From contig JADFYJ010000008.1 in assembly GCA_015233115.1 (NCBI GenBank), positions 40,506-104,505 of the forward strand: a stretch of 64,000 bases of DNA, given 5' to 3'. The first letter of the stretch is position 1; every line of letters starts with the position of its first letter. The notes beneath the pieces were generated by a model. That model was given only the letters and a program-made list of their open reading frames with translations. It made no database searches and had not been told where the DNA came from. The stretch comes from Candidatus Omnitrophota bacterium (lineage in GTDB: Bacteria; Omnitrophota; Gorgyraeia; Zapsychrales; Zapsychraceae). Shown here one piece after another: positions 1 to 8,222 of this stretch. The position numbers were made by a program, and so were the translations under genes.

Positions 1-1
1 C

Positions 2-811
2 CGGCTGGGCAGGATATTCGCGGGGCTGGGCGTGACCCGGGTACGTTTTACCGGAGGAGAGCCTTTATTGCGGAAAGATATTCTCAGCTTGGTCGCGGCA
101 TTTAAAAATATTCCGGGCATTGAACAGGTTCATTTAACGACGAATGGAATATTATTGGGAAAGATGGCGGCAGGTTTGAAACAAGCCGGGCTGGATGGAT
201 TGAATGTGAGTTTAGATACGTTGGTCAAAGAACGGTTTAAAGCATTGACCGGATTTGATGGTTTGTCGGATGTGTTAACAGGAATAGCCCTGGCTCAAAA
301 AACCGGATTTGAAAATATCAAAGTCAATGCTGTGATTATGGCCGGCAAAAATGATGATGAAATTTTTGATTTGATCGGATTTTTTAAACAACATAATTTG
401 ATCGGGCGGTTCATTGAATTTATGGCGATCACGCCGTTATGGGATGAACAATTATATTTTTCTATTGAACGGATTCAAGCCCTGTGCCGCTCACGCTACA
501 TCGTAGAGCCGTCTTTATTTCGTTCTCTGGGGCCGGCTGAATATTATAGTTTAGACCAAACGCAGCCGATTGGATTTATTCATACCGTTGTTGAAAATTG
601 CCAGCAGTGTTCCCGCTTGCGGCTTTCCGCGTCAGGAAAATTGAAAATTTGTTTATATGAAGAGCAAGGATTGTCGTTAAAACCTTTGTTGTCAGAAATG
701 ACTGACAGCGAGTTAGCGGTTTGTATATCTGAACGAATAAAAGAAAAAAACAAAATCGATCATCAATTTTTTAAAAACAGGCAAATTTATATGAGCCAAA
801 TTGGTGGCTAG
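2..811 (+). CDS. moaA: GTP 3',8-cyclase MoaA (5'-truncated by window edge)
   Basis: RFTGGEP, TTNG, NVSLD, RFIEFM motifs; C-terminal CxxCxRLR...C cluster; terminal GG; frame is open from position 2. Confidence 0.95.
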   Translation, partial: RLGRIFAGLGVTRVRFTGGEPLLRKDILSLVAAFKNIPGIEQVHLTTNGILLGKMAAGLKQAGLDGLNVSLDTLVKERFKALTGFDGLSDVLTGIALAQKTGFENIKVNAVIMAGKNDDEIFDLIGFFKQHNLIGRFIEFMAITPLWDEQLYFSIERIQALCRSRYIVEPSLFRSLGPAEYYSLDQTQPIGFIHTVVENCQQCSRLRLSASGKLKICLYEEQGLSLKPLLSEMTDSELAVCISERIKEKNKIDHQFFKNRQIYMSQIGG

Positions 812-825
812 ATTTTTATTAAATC

Positions 826-999
826 GTATGTAGTATGTGGTATGTGGTATGTAGTGGAAAAAGTGATAAGTTAAAATTTGGAGGGCGATTCGCGCATTTT
901 AAAAATAAAGTCTTAAATGGCATGTGTTAAGTTTTACAAATTTAATTATTTTGTTTTTTATTGGCTTTTACCACATACGACATACCACATACTACATAC
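826..999. repeat. Inverted pair of heptamer (GTATGTR) tandem arms around an AT-rich spacer
   Basis: gtatgtagtatgtggtatgtggtatgtag at 826 pairs with ccacatacgacataccacatactacatac ending at 999. Confidence 0.9.
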
Positions 1000-1030
1000 T
1001 TTTTAATTAGCAAAATTGAAAGGCTAACAA

Positions 1031-1456
1031 ATGATTGAAATTTCCGATAAGGTTGTCACAAAAAGGGAAGCGTGCGCAGAGGGGCGTATTTTTACTGCCG
1101 CGGAAGTTTTGAAGCGGATTAAAGCGAAAAATATTCCTAAGGGAGATGTGCTTGAAACAGCGCGCGTGGCAGGGATTATGGCGGCCAAACAAACGCCTTA
1201 TATTTTGCCTTTGTGCCACCCGATCGCCATTGAATTTGGCGATATTCAGTTTAAAATTTTAAAAGATCATATTCTTATTTCATCGACGATTCGCGGTCAT
1301 GCTAAAACCGGTTTTGAAATGGAAGCGTTAACTGCTGTGTCAGTATCGGCGCTAACAATTTATGATATGTGCAAAGCTTTTGACAAAGCCATGGCAATAA
1401 GTGATATTAAATTGATAAAGAAGTCAGGTGGTAAGAGTGGGGTCGTTCGATGTTGA
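1031..1456 (+). CDS. moaC: Cyclic pyranopterin monophosphate synthase MoaC
   Basis: KGDVL, LPLCHP, TGFEMEAL, IYDMCK, KSGGKSG motifs. Confidence 0.97.
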   Translation: MIEISDKVVTKREACAEGRIFTAAEVLKRIKAKNIPKGDVLETARVAGIMAAKQTPYILPLCHPIAIEFGDIQFKILKDHILISSTIRGHAKTGFEMEALTAVSVSALTIYDMCKAFDKAMAISDIKLIKKSGGKSGVVRC

Positions 1457-1529
1457 AACCAAGTCCCTTCGCTCAAACAGCTGCTCCTAAGCGGAGCAGA
1501 ACTCGCTCTGGGGACTTTGTTTCAACGTC
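1449..1529. mobile_element. 81-bp palindromic MITE-like element overlapping the moaC stop and the MOSC start
   Basis: Inverted ends gatgttgaaaccaagtccc / gggactttgtttcaacgtc; internal hairpin ctgctcc-taagc-ggagcag. Confidence 0.7.
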
Positions 1530-2028
1530 TCACTTAGTAATCTCCGGCCATGTTCTTGCCGTTTCGACTTCTCCTAATAAGGGGGAAAAGAAGGTCAATC
1601 AAGCTGCGGTTGAATTTAAAGAAAATTGGGGGATTGTGGGTGATGGGCATGCGGGCGACGGGCATAGACAGGTGAGTTTGCTGACTTTGGATTCGATTGA
1701 AAAAATGCGCGCTAAAGGAGCAAAGGTTAATCCGGGGGACTTTGCTGAGAATGTGACGGTGGAGGGGATTGATTTGGAACTGGTTGCGGTAGGTGAGCGT
1801 TTAGCGGTTGGAGAGGGCGTGATTTTGCGGGTGACGCAAAAAGGCAAAGAATGCCATAAGCCTTGCCGAATATATTATGAAGCCGGAATGTGCGTCATGC
1901 CGGAAAATGGAGTTTTTGCGGTAGTAGAAAAAGGGGGAATAGTAAGGCCGGGAGATGTTATGAAGGGCGTAGTATGTAGTAATAGCGACGCTGTTGTAGG
2001 GGCGATCTCCCGATCGCCCGCACCATAA
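1450..2028 (+). CDS. MOSC domain protein with repeat-derived N- and C-terminal extensions
   Basis: GDGHAG, RQVSLL, GDFAEN, GKECH..C motifs; located in the Moco operon. Confidence 0.9.
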   Translation: MLKPSPFAQTAAPKRSRTRSGDFVSTSHLVISGHVLAVSTSPNKGEKKVNQAAVEFKENWGIVGDGHAGDGHRQVSLLTLDSIEKMRAKGAKVNPGDFAENVTVEGIDLELVAVGERLAVGEGVILRVTQKGKECHKPCRIYYEAGMCVMPENGVFAVVEKGGIVRPGDVMKGVVCSNSDAVVGAISRSPAP

Positions 2029-2139
2029 AAGATTTATAAATTTAATATTCTAGGGTTTTGGGGTTTGGTTTTATTTTTTTATTTATTAAAATAAAAAAGC
2101 GAATATCTTGAAAGCGGGCGATCGGGAGATCGCCCCTAC
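1996..2139. repeat. Inverted pair of GTAG-type REP palindromes (REPIN-like)
   Basis: gtaggggcgatctcccgatcgcccgc at 1996-2021 and its exact reverse complement at 2114-2139. Confidence 0.9.
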
Positions 2140-2185
2140 GAACAGCTCCTGCGAGCCGTGCGACATACTTAATGATAGGGACTAC

Positions 2186-2671
2186 ATGCAAAATCAATAC
2201 GCGGCAGCAATTTTAACAATTAGCGATACGCGAAGCTGCGGCGGGTGCGACGATATTACTGGTCAGAAAGTCAAAGAATTGATCGTGGCTTATTCGTTCG
2301 AGGTGAAGGCCTATGAAGTTATTCCTGATGATCCTCTGCGAATCCGTGACCGTTTAATTTATTTTTGTGATGATTTAAAATGCGACGTGGTTTTGACCAA
2401 CGGCGGCACCGGCTTTTCTCCTCGGGATTTTACACCTGAAGTAACGAAAGAGATCATAGAGAAAGAAATTCCCGGTTTGGCTGAAGCCATGCGAGCCTTG
2501 GGCGGACAAAAAACCAAACGGGCATATTTATCCCGGGCGGTATGCGGTATCCGCGGCAGGTCTTTGATCATCAATTTACCAGGAAGCCCAAGAGGCGCAG
2601 AAGAATCACTCGAGGTCGTCGTGGACTTGATCGACCATGCCATCAAAATGATCCGCGGCGAAGGACATTAA
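2186..2671 (+). CDS. mog: Molybdopterin adenylyltransferase MogA/MoaB family
   Basis: ILTISD, GGTG.SPRD.TPE, LSR, INLPGSP motifs; ATG at 2186 preferred over the repeat-derived upstream extension. Confidence 0.93.
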   Translation: MQNQYAAAILTISDTRSCGGCDDITGQKVKELIVAYSFEVKAYEVIPDDPLRIRDRLIYFCDDLKCDVVLTNGGTGFSPRDFTPEVTKEIIEKEIPGLAEAMRALGGQKTKRAYLSRAVCGIRGRSLIINLPGSPRGAEESLEVVVDLIDHAIKMIRGEGH

Positions 2672-2737
2672 AAACAAAAAACCAAAAACCTCGATATTAA
2701 TTTTGTCTTTTCTTGAATTTGTGTATAATTGGCTCAT

Positions 2738-3904
2738 ATGCCAGAACAAATAACCCGGCCCCAGCAAACCAGTTTGCCAAAAGATTTCTTTCCTAAAAAT
2801 TTGGGTGATCAACCGCCCAAAGCTGTTCCTTCCGCTTTAAGTAACGATCTTAGTCTAGACGAAATTTTGATTTATGCCCGCCATTATCAGGCTTCGGATG
2901 TGCATTTATGTTTCGCTAAGCCGATTATTTTTCGTAAATTTGGAGAAATTGAAACTGTCACGAATACTCCGCTTACGCCGGAAGAAATTAAAAAAATTAT
3001 CAGCGCGAGCGTGGCCAAAGAGATCCTGGATGAATTTGAACATTGGGGGGATAAGGAATTTGTTCACGAGATTCCGGGGCATGGCCGTTTCCGTGTGACT
3101 TTGATGAAACAACGGTTTGGCTGGGACTTAACAGCGCGGGTGATTGATTTAACGATCCGTCCGTTTGAAACATCCGGTATGTCACAATCGTGCGCGAATT
3201 TAACGTGCTGGGCGCAGGGGTTGATTTTGGTGACTGGCCCGGCTGGCTGTGGCAAGACGAGTACTTTATCGACGTTGGTTGAGCTCATTAACCAGACGCG
3301 GGAAGACCATATTATTACCATTGAAAATCCTATTGAGATTGTTTATACACCGAAGAGTTGTCAGGTTACCCAGCGCCAGATTGGTTTGCACACTTTGTCG
3401 CAAGGCAATGCTTTACGCGCTTCTTTGCGGGAAGATCCGGATATTATTGTAGTCAGTGAATTGCGTGATTTAGCGAGTATTCAATTAGCTGTCACAGCGG
3501 CAGAAACCGGACATTTGGTTTTGGGGACCATGAATACCAATGATGCGGTTCAAACAATTTCGACCTTGATCGATTCTTTTCCTCCGGAGGAGAAGGCAAT
3601 CATCACCAGTATGATCTCTGAATCTTTGCGGGGCGTTATTTCTCAACGCTTGGTTCCGAAAAAAGATAAAAGCGGTTTGGTTCCGGCATTTGAAGTTTTG
3701 ATTTTAAACGCGGCAGCCGCTAATCTGATCCGGGGGGATAAAATTAAACAGTTAAATAATGTCATGGCTACGGGCAAAGCGGACGGTATGGTTCTGTTAG
3801 ACCATTCGCTTAAGCGATTGATAGACACCGGTGAGATCGACGGGTATGAAGCCTATAAACGGGCGATCAATCCGATGGAATTTAAACAATATGCAAATCG
3901 ATAA
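2738..3904 (+). CDS. PilT/PilU family type IV pilus ATPase with divergent motifs
   Basis: ASDVHL, GPAGCGKTSTL, LREDPD, AAETGHLV motifs. Confidence 0.9.
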   Translation: MPEQITRPQQTSLPKDFFPKNLGDQPPKAVPSALSNDLSLDEILIYARHYQASDVHLCFAKPIIFRKFGEIETVTNTPLTPEEIKKIISASVAKEILDEFEHWGDKEFVHEIPGHGRFRVTLMKQRFGWDLTARVIDLTIRPFETSGMSQSCANLTCWAQGLILVTGPAGCGKTSTLSTLVELINQTREDHIITIENPIEIVYTPKSCQVTQRQIGLHTLSQGNALRASLREDPDIIVVSELRDLASIQLAVTAAETGHLVLGTMNTNDAVQTISTLIDSFPPEEKAIITSMISESLRGVISQRLVPKKDKSGLVPAFEVLILNAAAANLIRGDKIKQLNNVMATGKADGMVLLDHSLKRLIDTGEIDGYEAYKRAINPMEFKQYANR

Positions 3905-4943
3905 ATTATTTTACCAACTCATTGAACAGCGTGGTTCTGATCTGCACCTGGAGCAGGGTCAGAAGCCGAAAATCCGTTTGCACGGCAAACTGGTATCTTT
4001 GAATGAACCGGTTTTGACGGATGCTTATCTGCTTGAAATTCTCGAGGAGATTGCGTCTCCGGAGGCTTGGCGGAGATATATGGATATGGGTGATCTGGAT
4101 TTCGCGTATGCCTTAGCTGATCAAGCCCGTTTTCGGGCTAATTATTTCCGGCAGTACAATGGATACGGCGCGATTTTCCGGATTATTCCTTCAAAAATTT
4201 TGACTTTGGAAGAGCTGGGCATGCCGTTGGTATTAAAAAATTTTTCTGGCCTGCGTTCCGGACTGGTTTTGATCACCGGCCCGACCGGAAGCGGCAAGTC
4301 TACGACCTTGGCCGCGGTTATGGATCACATTAATGAAAATTTTTCTAAAAAGATTGTGACCATTGAGGAGCCAGTTGAGTTTATCCATCCTAAAAAGAAA
4401 TGCATTATTTCGCATAGAGAAGTCGGGTTGGACACAGATTCATTCGCCAGCGGTTTGCGCGGCGCGATCAAAAGCGATGTGGACATTATTCTCGTCGGAG
4501 AAATGCGGGATCCGGAGACTATCATGCTGGCTTTAACCGCGGCGCAAATGGGGATTTTGGTGTTCGGCACTCTACATACCAATTCCGCGGCTAAAACTGT
4601 GGACCGGATTATTGATGTTTTTCCTGCGAAACAAAAAGCGCAAATTCGGACTGTGCTGGCCAATACTCTTGAAGGTGTAGTATCTCAACAATTGCTTCCC
4701 GCTATCGGAGGTAAAGGCCGTTTTTGCTCGTATGAAATTCTTTTGCGCACAACAGCTTTGCCTGCGATCATTATGCAGGGCGAGACCCTCAAATTAACTT
4801 CGGAAATTCAATTAAACCGTCAGATGGGGATGATCGGCATGGACGATTGTCTGTTACAGCTGGTCAAAGGCGGCAAGGTTTCTTTGGAAGACGCATATTT
4901 GAAAGCGTTGGATAAAGAAGATTTTCTAAAAGCGGCAAAATAA
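3891..4943 (+). CDS. pilT: Type IV pilus retraction ATPase PilT
   Basis: GSDLHL, GPTGSGKSTTL, VGEMRD, GTLHTNSA motifs; ATG at 3891 overlaps the upstream gene. Confidence 0.92.
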   Translation: MQIDKLFYQLIEQRGSDLHLEQGQKPKIRLHGKLVSLNEPVLTDAYLLEILEEIASPEAWRRYMDMGDLDFAYALADQARFRANYFRQYNGYGAIFRIIPSKILTLEELGMPLVLKNFSGLRSGLVLITGPTGSGKSTTLAAVMDHINENFSKKIVTIEEPVEFIHPKKKCIISHREVGLDTDSFASGLRGAIKSDVDIILVGEMRDPETIMLALTAAQMGILVFGTLHTNSAAKTVDRIIDVFPAKQKAQIRTVLANTLEGVVSQQLLPAIGGKGRFCSYEILLRTTALPAIIMQGETLKLTSEIQLNRQMGMIGMDDCLLQLVKGGKVSLEDAYLKALDKEDFLKAAK

Positions 4944-5020
4944 TTCTGGTTAATAAAAACATTGTAGATATAATAAAAATATATTTTTACAAATTTAAAA
5001 TTTAACAAGGAGAGATAAAA

Positions 5021-6436
5021 GTGAAGAAATTTTACATGCTGGTATTTTCCTTATTATTCCTTTCCCAATCAGCCGTTATCGCTCACGCACAAGACACAGA
5101 TATTCAAAATATTTTAAAACGCCTTGATACATTGGAACAAGAAAACGCGGCATTAAAAGCTCAAGTTTTGACGTTGCAAGAAAAACAAATGGCAGCTGTT
5201 CCTGCGCCGGTTTCAACACCTGCCGCAACTCCAGTTGTTGCTGCTGCAGCTGCGCCTGCGGGAAATTTTTTGCAGACAAAACTTAAGACAGAATTATATG
5301 GTTATGTCGCGCTAACAGCCGCGTATGATCAGGCGAATGCCGGATCAAGTTCAGTTTTAAATAGTTCAACCGCGATCTACCAGGCGCCTAAACAAGCAGT
5401 AAGCGCAACCGGAAACGCGAAACACCGGGACAATCTCCGCGCTACAGCTCAAGACACTCGAATTGGTTTTAATTTTACGGCTCCGACAACCGAGAGCGGC
5501 GCGAATGTGACCGGAAATATTGAAATGGATTTTTCCGGCAATGCCGGCGGATTTATTAAAGATGCCACTAGCGCTAACGTCACAGGGAGCGGCACCTATT
5601 TTCCCCGTCTACGGCACGCGTATTTGACGTTTGATCAGAATAAATGGGGTTTCACAGCAGGCCAAACTTGGGACTTTTTTGCTCCTATTAAAGCGGATTT
5701 GCTTAATTGCGCGGCCCTTTGGCGGGCGGGCGATTTTGGGTATCGTCATCCTGAAGTTTACTTAACAAATAAGTGGGTAAATATTTTCGGAGGAAAGTTG
5801 ACGACCAAAGTGGGTGCCATAGAATCTGAAGATCCTTTTCAGGAGAATAGCGGTACGCCTGTGGCTGGGGTGTATACCAGTTATAACAAAAAAATCTTTG
5901 GCGTTGATTCCACCTTTGGCGTTGGCGGGATATATGGAAAAGATTCTTTGGATACATTAACAGCTTATGGCTCGCATAATATTCCTATTTATGCCACGGT
6001 CGTGGGTTTACAACTTAAATTTACAGATTGGTTAGGTTTTAAAACTCAAGGTTTCACAGGTTCTAAATTAAATTCGTTTATGGGTGGACCAGGAAGTTCA
6101 TCAACGTTAAATTTAGGGCTTAATGATGCGGGTTCTACTAGCACGAAAGGTGTTCGTAGTACCGGCGGATTTATGCAGTTGACCTATAAACCTGTCAAAA
6201 AAGTGGAAACAAATTTTGGGGCAGGGATTGATGCCGTTAATAATGACGCTTATTTCAGCTCAGATAGAACTTCAGCGATTTGGAGCACGAACAGATCATA
6301 TTTTACCAATTTGAAATATAATCTGACCAAAGAAGTAGTTTTAGCTGTCGAATATCAGTACTTACATACGAATTATCTTGACGGTATGAGAAGCACGGAT
6401 AACCGCGTGCAGACCACGATTTATTATAAGTTTTAA
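5021..6436 (+). CDS. Outer-membrane porin (DcaP-like) with N-terminal coiled coil
   Basis: Signal peptide, coiled coil, Ala/Pro linker, PRLRHAY..GQTW motif, C-terminal YKF; AGGAG RBS. Confidence 0.75.
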   Translation: MKKFYMLVFSLLFLSQSAVIAHAQDTDIQNILKRLDTLEQENAALKAQVLTLQEKQMAAVPAPVSTPAATPVVAAAAAPAGNFLQTKLKTELYGYVALTAAYDQANAGSSSVLNSSTAIYQAPKQAVSATGNAKHRDNLRATAQDTRIGFNFTAPTTESGANVTGNIEMDFSGNAGGFIKDATSANVTGSGTYFPRLRHAYLTFDQNKWGFTAGQTWDFFAPIKADLLNCAALWRAGDFGYRHPEVYLTNKWVNIFGGKLTTKVGAIESEDPFQENSGTPVAGVYTSYNKKIFGVDSTFGVGGIYGKDSLDTLTAYGSHNIPIYATVVGLQLKFTDWLGFKTQGFTGSKLNSFMGGPGSSSTLNLGLNDAGSTSTKGVRSTGGFMQLTYKPVKKVETNFGAGIDAVNNDAYFSSDRTSAIWSTNRSYFTNLKYNLTKEVVLAVEYQYLHTNYLDGMRSTDNRVQTTIYYKF

Positions 6437-6450
6437 TTTATAGAGATTAC

Positions 6451-6486
6451 AAAAAGGGGCCGCATTTAATGCGGCCTCTTTTTTTC
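6451..6486 (+). terminator. Intrinsic terminator after the porin gene
   Basis: ggggccgcat-tta-atgcggcctc followed by a T run, with an A run on the other side. Confidence 0.85.
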
Positions 6487-6493
6487 TTGAATT

Positions 6494-6516
6494 ATGTATA
6501 TCTTCATGATATACAT
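6494..6516. promoter_or_regulatory. Probable toxin-antitoxin operator palindrome
   Basis: atgtatatc-ttcat-gatatacat, a perfect 9-bp inverted repeat just upstream of the toxin ATG. Confidence 0.65.
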
Positions 6517-6522
6517 TTAAAT

Positions 6523-6837
6523 ATGGATATCCAATCAATATTGCTTAATTGCACGGGATTTCAGTGGGACAAAGGCAATAGCTTAAAAAGCTGGCTTAAG
6601 CACCATGTTTCTGAAGGCGAAGCAGAGCAGGTTTTTTTAAATGAGCCTTTATTGTTATCCATAGACGAAAAGCATTCCCAGCACGAAACCAGATTTAGAG
6701 TTATGGGTTATACCGAAGCGGACAGATATTTATATATTGCTTTTGTGGTGAGAGAAAATTTAATCCGGGTAATATCCGCGAGAGATATGAATAAAAAAGA
6801 GAGGGTTGTTTATGAAAAATTTAAAAACAATACCTAA
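6523..6837 (+). CDS. BrnT family toxin (DUF497)
   Basis: GFQWDKGN..K...KH, HS..E.RF, IRVISARDMNKKER motifs. Confidence 0.92.
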   Translation: MDIQSILLNCTGFQWDKGNSLKSWLKHHVSEGEAEQVFLNEPLLLSIDEKHSQHETRFRVMGYTEADRYLYIAFVVRENLIRVISARDMNKKERVVYEKFKNNT

Positions 6838-7081
6838 ATTCAAGAGTGAGAAAGAAGAACGCCAATTTTGGCTTACGCATGATTCCACTGAATATGTGGA
6901 TTGGTCTAAAGCCAAACGAGTGGTATTTCCTAATCTTAAACCGACGTATAAGAGCATTTCTTTACGGTTGCCCTCTTATATGCTGGATGAGATTAAATTG
7001 TTAGCTAATAAAAAAGATGTACCGTATCAATCATTAATGAAAGTATTTTTGGCGGAAAAAGTAAAAGAGGAATTGGCATAA
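6812..7081 (+). CDS. BrnA/CopG-like antitoxin
   Basis: PKFKSE.EER.FW.THD, ISLRLP, VPYQSLMK motifs; overlaps the toxin gene. Confidence 0.92.
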   Translation: MKNLKTIPKFKSEKEERQFWLTHDSTEYVDWSKAKRVVFPNLKPTYKSISLRLPSYMLDEIKLLANKKDVPYQSLMKVFLAEKVKEELA

Positions 7082-7088
7082 ATTGACA

Positions 7089-7143
7089 GGGGGACATGAT
7101 ACTTAATTCATAATTATTTTTTAAAATGAGTTTCGTGTCCCCC
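7089..7143. repeat. Palindromic element, GGGGACATGATACTTAATT family (intergenic copy)
   Basis: gggggacatgatacttaatt ... aaatgagtttcgtgtccccc; homologous copy at 19759-19815. Confidence 0.8.
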
Positions 7144-7161
7144 GATAAAAAAGGATATAAA

Positions 7162-8007
7162 ATGGTTCAGAAAACGGTCACCAAGAAAAAAACCGCAAAA
7201 AAAATCCCGGATGCTTGGCATTTAAAAGCGGCGTATGCATTGGGAAATGCGACGCAAAAGGTTTCGAACAAAATCAGCACGGTCAAAACCACGGTTAAAA
7301 AACGTGCGGCTAAAAAGAATAAAAAGACGGCGACTAAAGTCAGCCTCTGGGATTCTTTTCCGCCAACGCCGGAGCCATTATCTCCTCTCATAAAAGAATT
7401 GAGAGCGATCGCGGATATCAGCGGGTTGACTGAGGCGCTGGAAGAGATGAACGCCATCAGTATGAAACATTCCAAACATCCGGTGATCGAACGGCTGGCC
7501 GTGAGAATGCAGGCATTATCTCCGTTTGAGCAGGAACAGGTTTCCCGAAATTTTATCGAGAAACTCAACCGGACTTTTCATTTTAATAGCATGACCATGC
7601 TTATGCCTTCACAGGTTAAATTGACGGAAGAGGATTGTCAAAAAATGTCGACGGCTTTTATCGAATGTATTTCTGAAACTTTGGAAGATATCGGTTTATC
7701 CGAAGACGACCGCGCGATTTTCGCCAAACTTACCGGCGATATCGCGAAGCCGATTAATGACCTGATGCAGTTTTATATTTGCCCCAAGACGTTTGGCCAA
7801 AAAATGAAGCGGCTATGGCGGATACAGAGGATATTTATCAAGATGATCAAATTAGTCAAAATCTCCCATGACATGAACAAACAAATGCCGGCTGATTTCA
7901 AACCCGTCGAATATTTAAAACTCGAAGGAATTTATCAACAAGAAAAGCATACGGCAAAACCTATAAGTAAAGAGTTTATTATAGACGTAAAGAGCAGTAC
8001 AGTTTAA
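7162..8007 (+). CDS. Hypothetical protein with Lys-rich N-terminus
   Basis: Long ORF; AAGGA RBS before ATG 7162; no family recognised. Confidence 0.7.
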   Translation: MVQKTVTKKKTAKKIPDAWHLKAAYALGNATQKVSNKISTVKTTVKKRAAKKNKKTATKVSLWDSFPPTPEPLSPLIKELRAIADISGLTEALEEMNAISMKHSKHPVIERLAVRMQALSPFEQEQVSRNFIEKLNRTFHFNSMTMLMPSQVKLTEEDCQKMSTAFIECISETLEDIGLSEDDRAIFAKLTGDIAKPINDLMQFYICPKTFGQKMKRLWRIQRIFIKMIKLVKISHDMNKQMPADFKPVEYLKLEGIYQQEKHTAKPISKEFIIDVKSSTV

Positions 8008-8202
8008 TACCCAATACCGAATTAAAATTCGTAATTGGTAATTTGTAGAATGTAGTATGTAGCGTCGATATTTTTTAAAAATCATTTTTAAAAAATTAAA
8101 TTGGTTTTTCACCCAAAGGGTGAATCTTTCATCAACCACATACCACATACTACGCACGACATACTGCCCTAATTCCTAATTTCGAATTCGGAATTAGGGT
8201 TA
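8005..8202. repeat. Nested inverted heptamer-repeat structure
   Basis: Outer ccgaatt/cctaatt palindromes; inner gtatgta / acatac arms around an AT-rich spacer. Confidence 0.75.
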
Positions 8203-8222
8203 ATACATCAGGTGATAAATTT

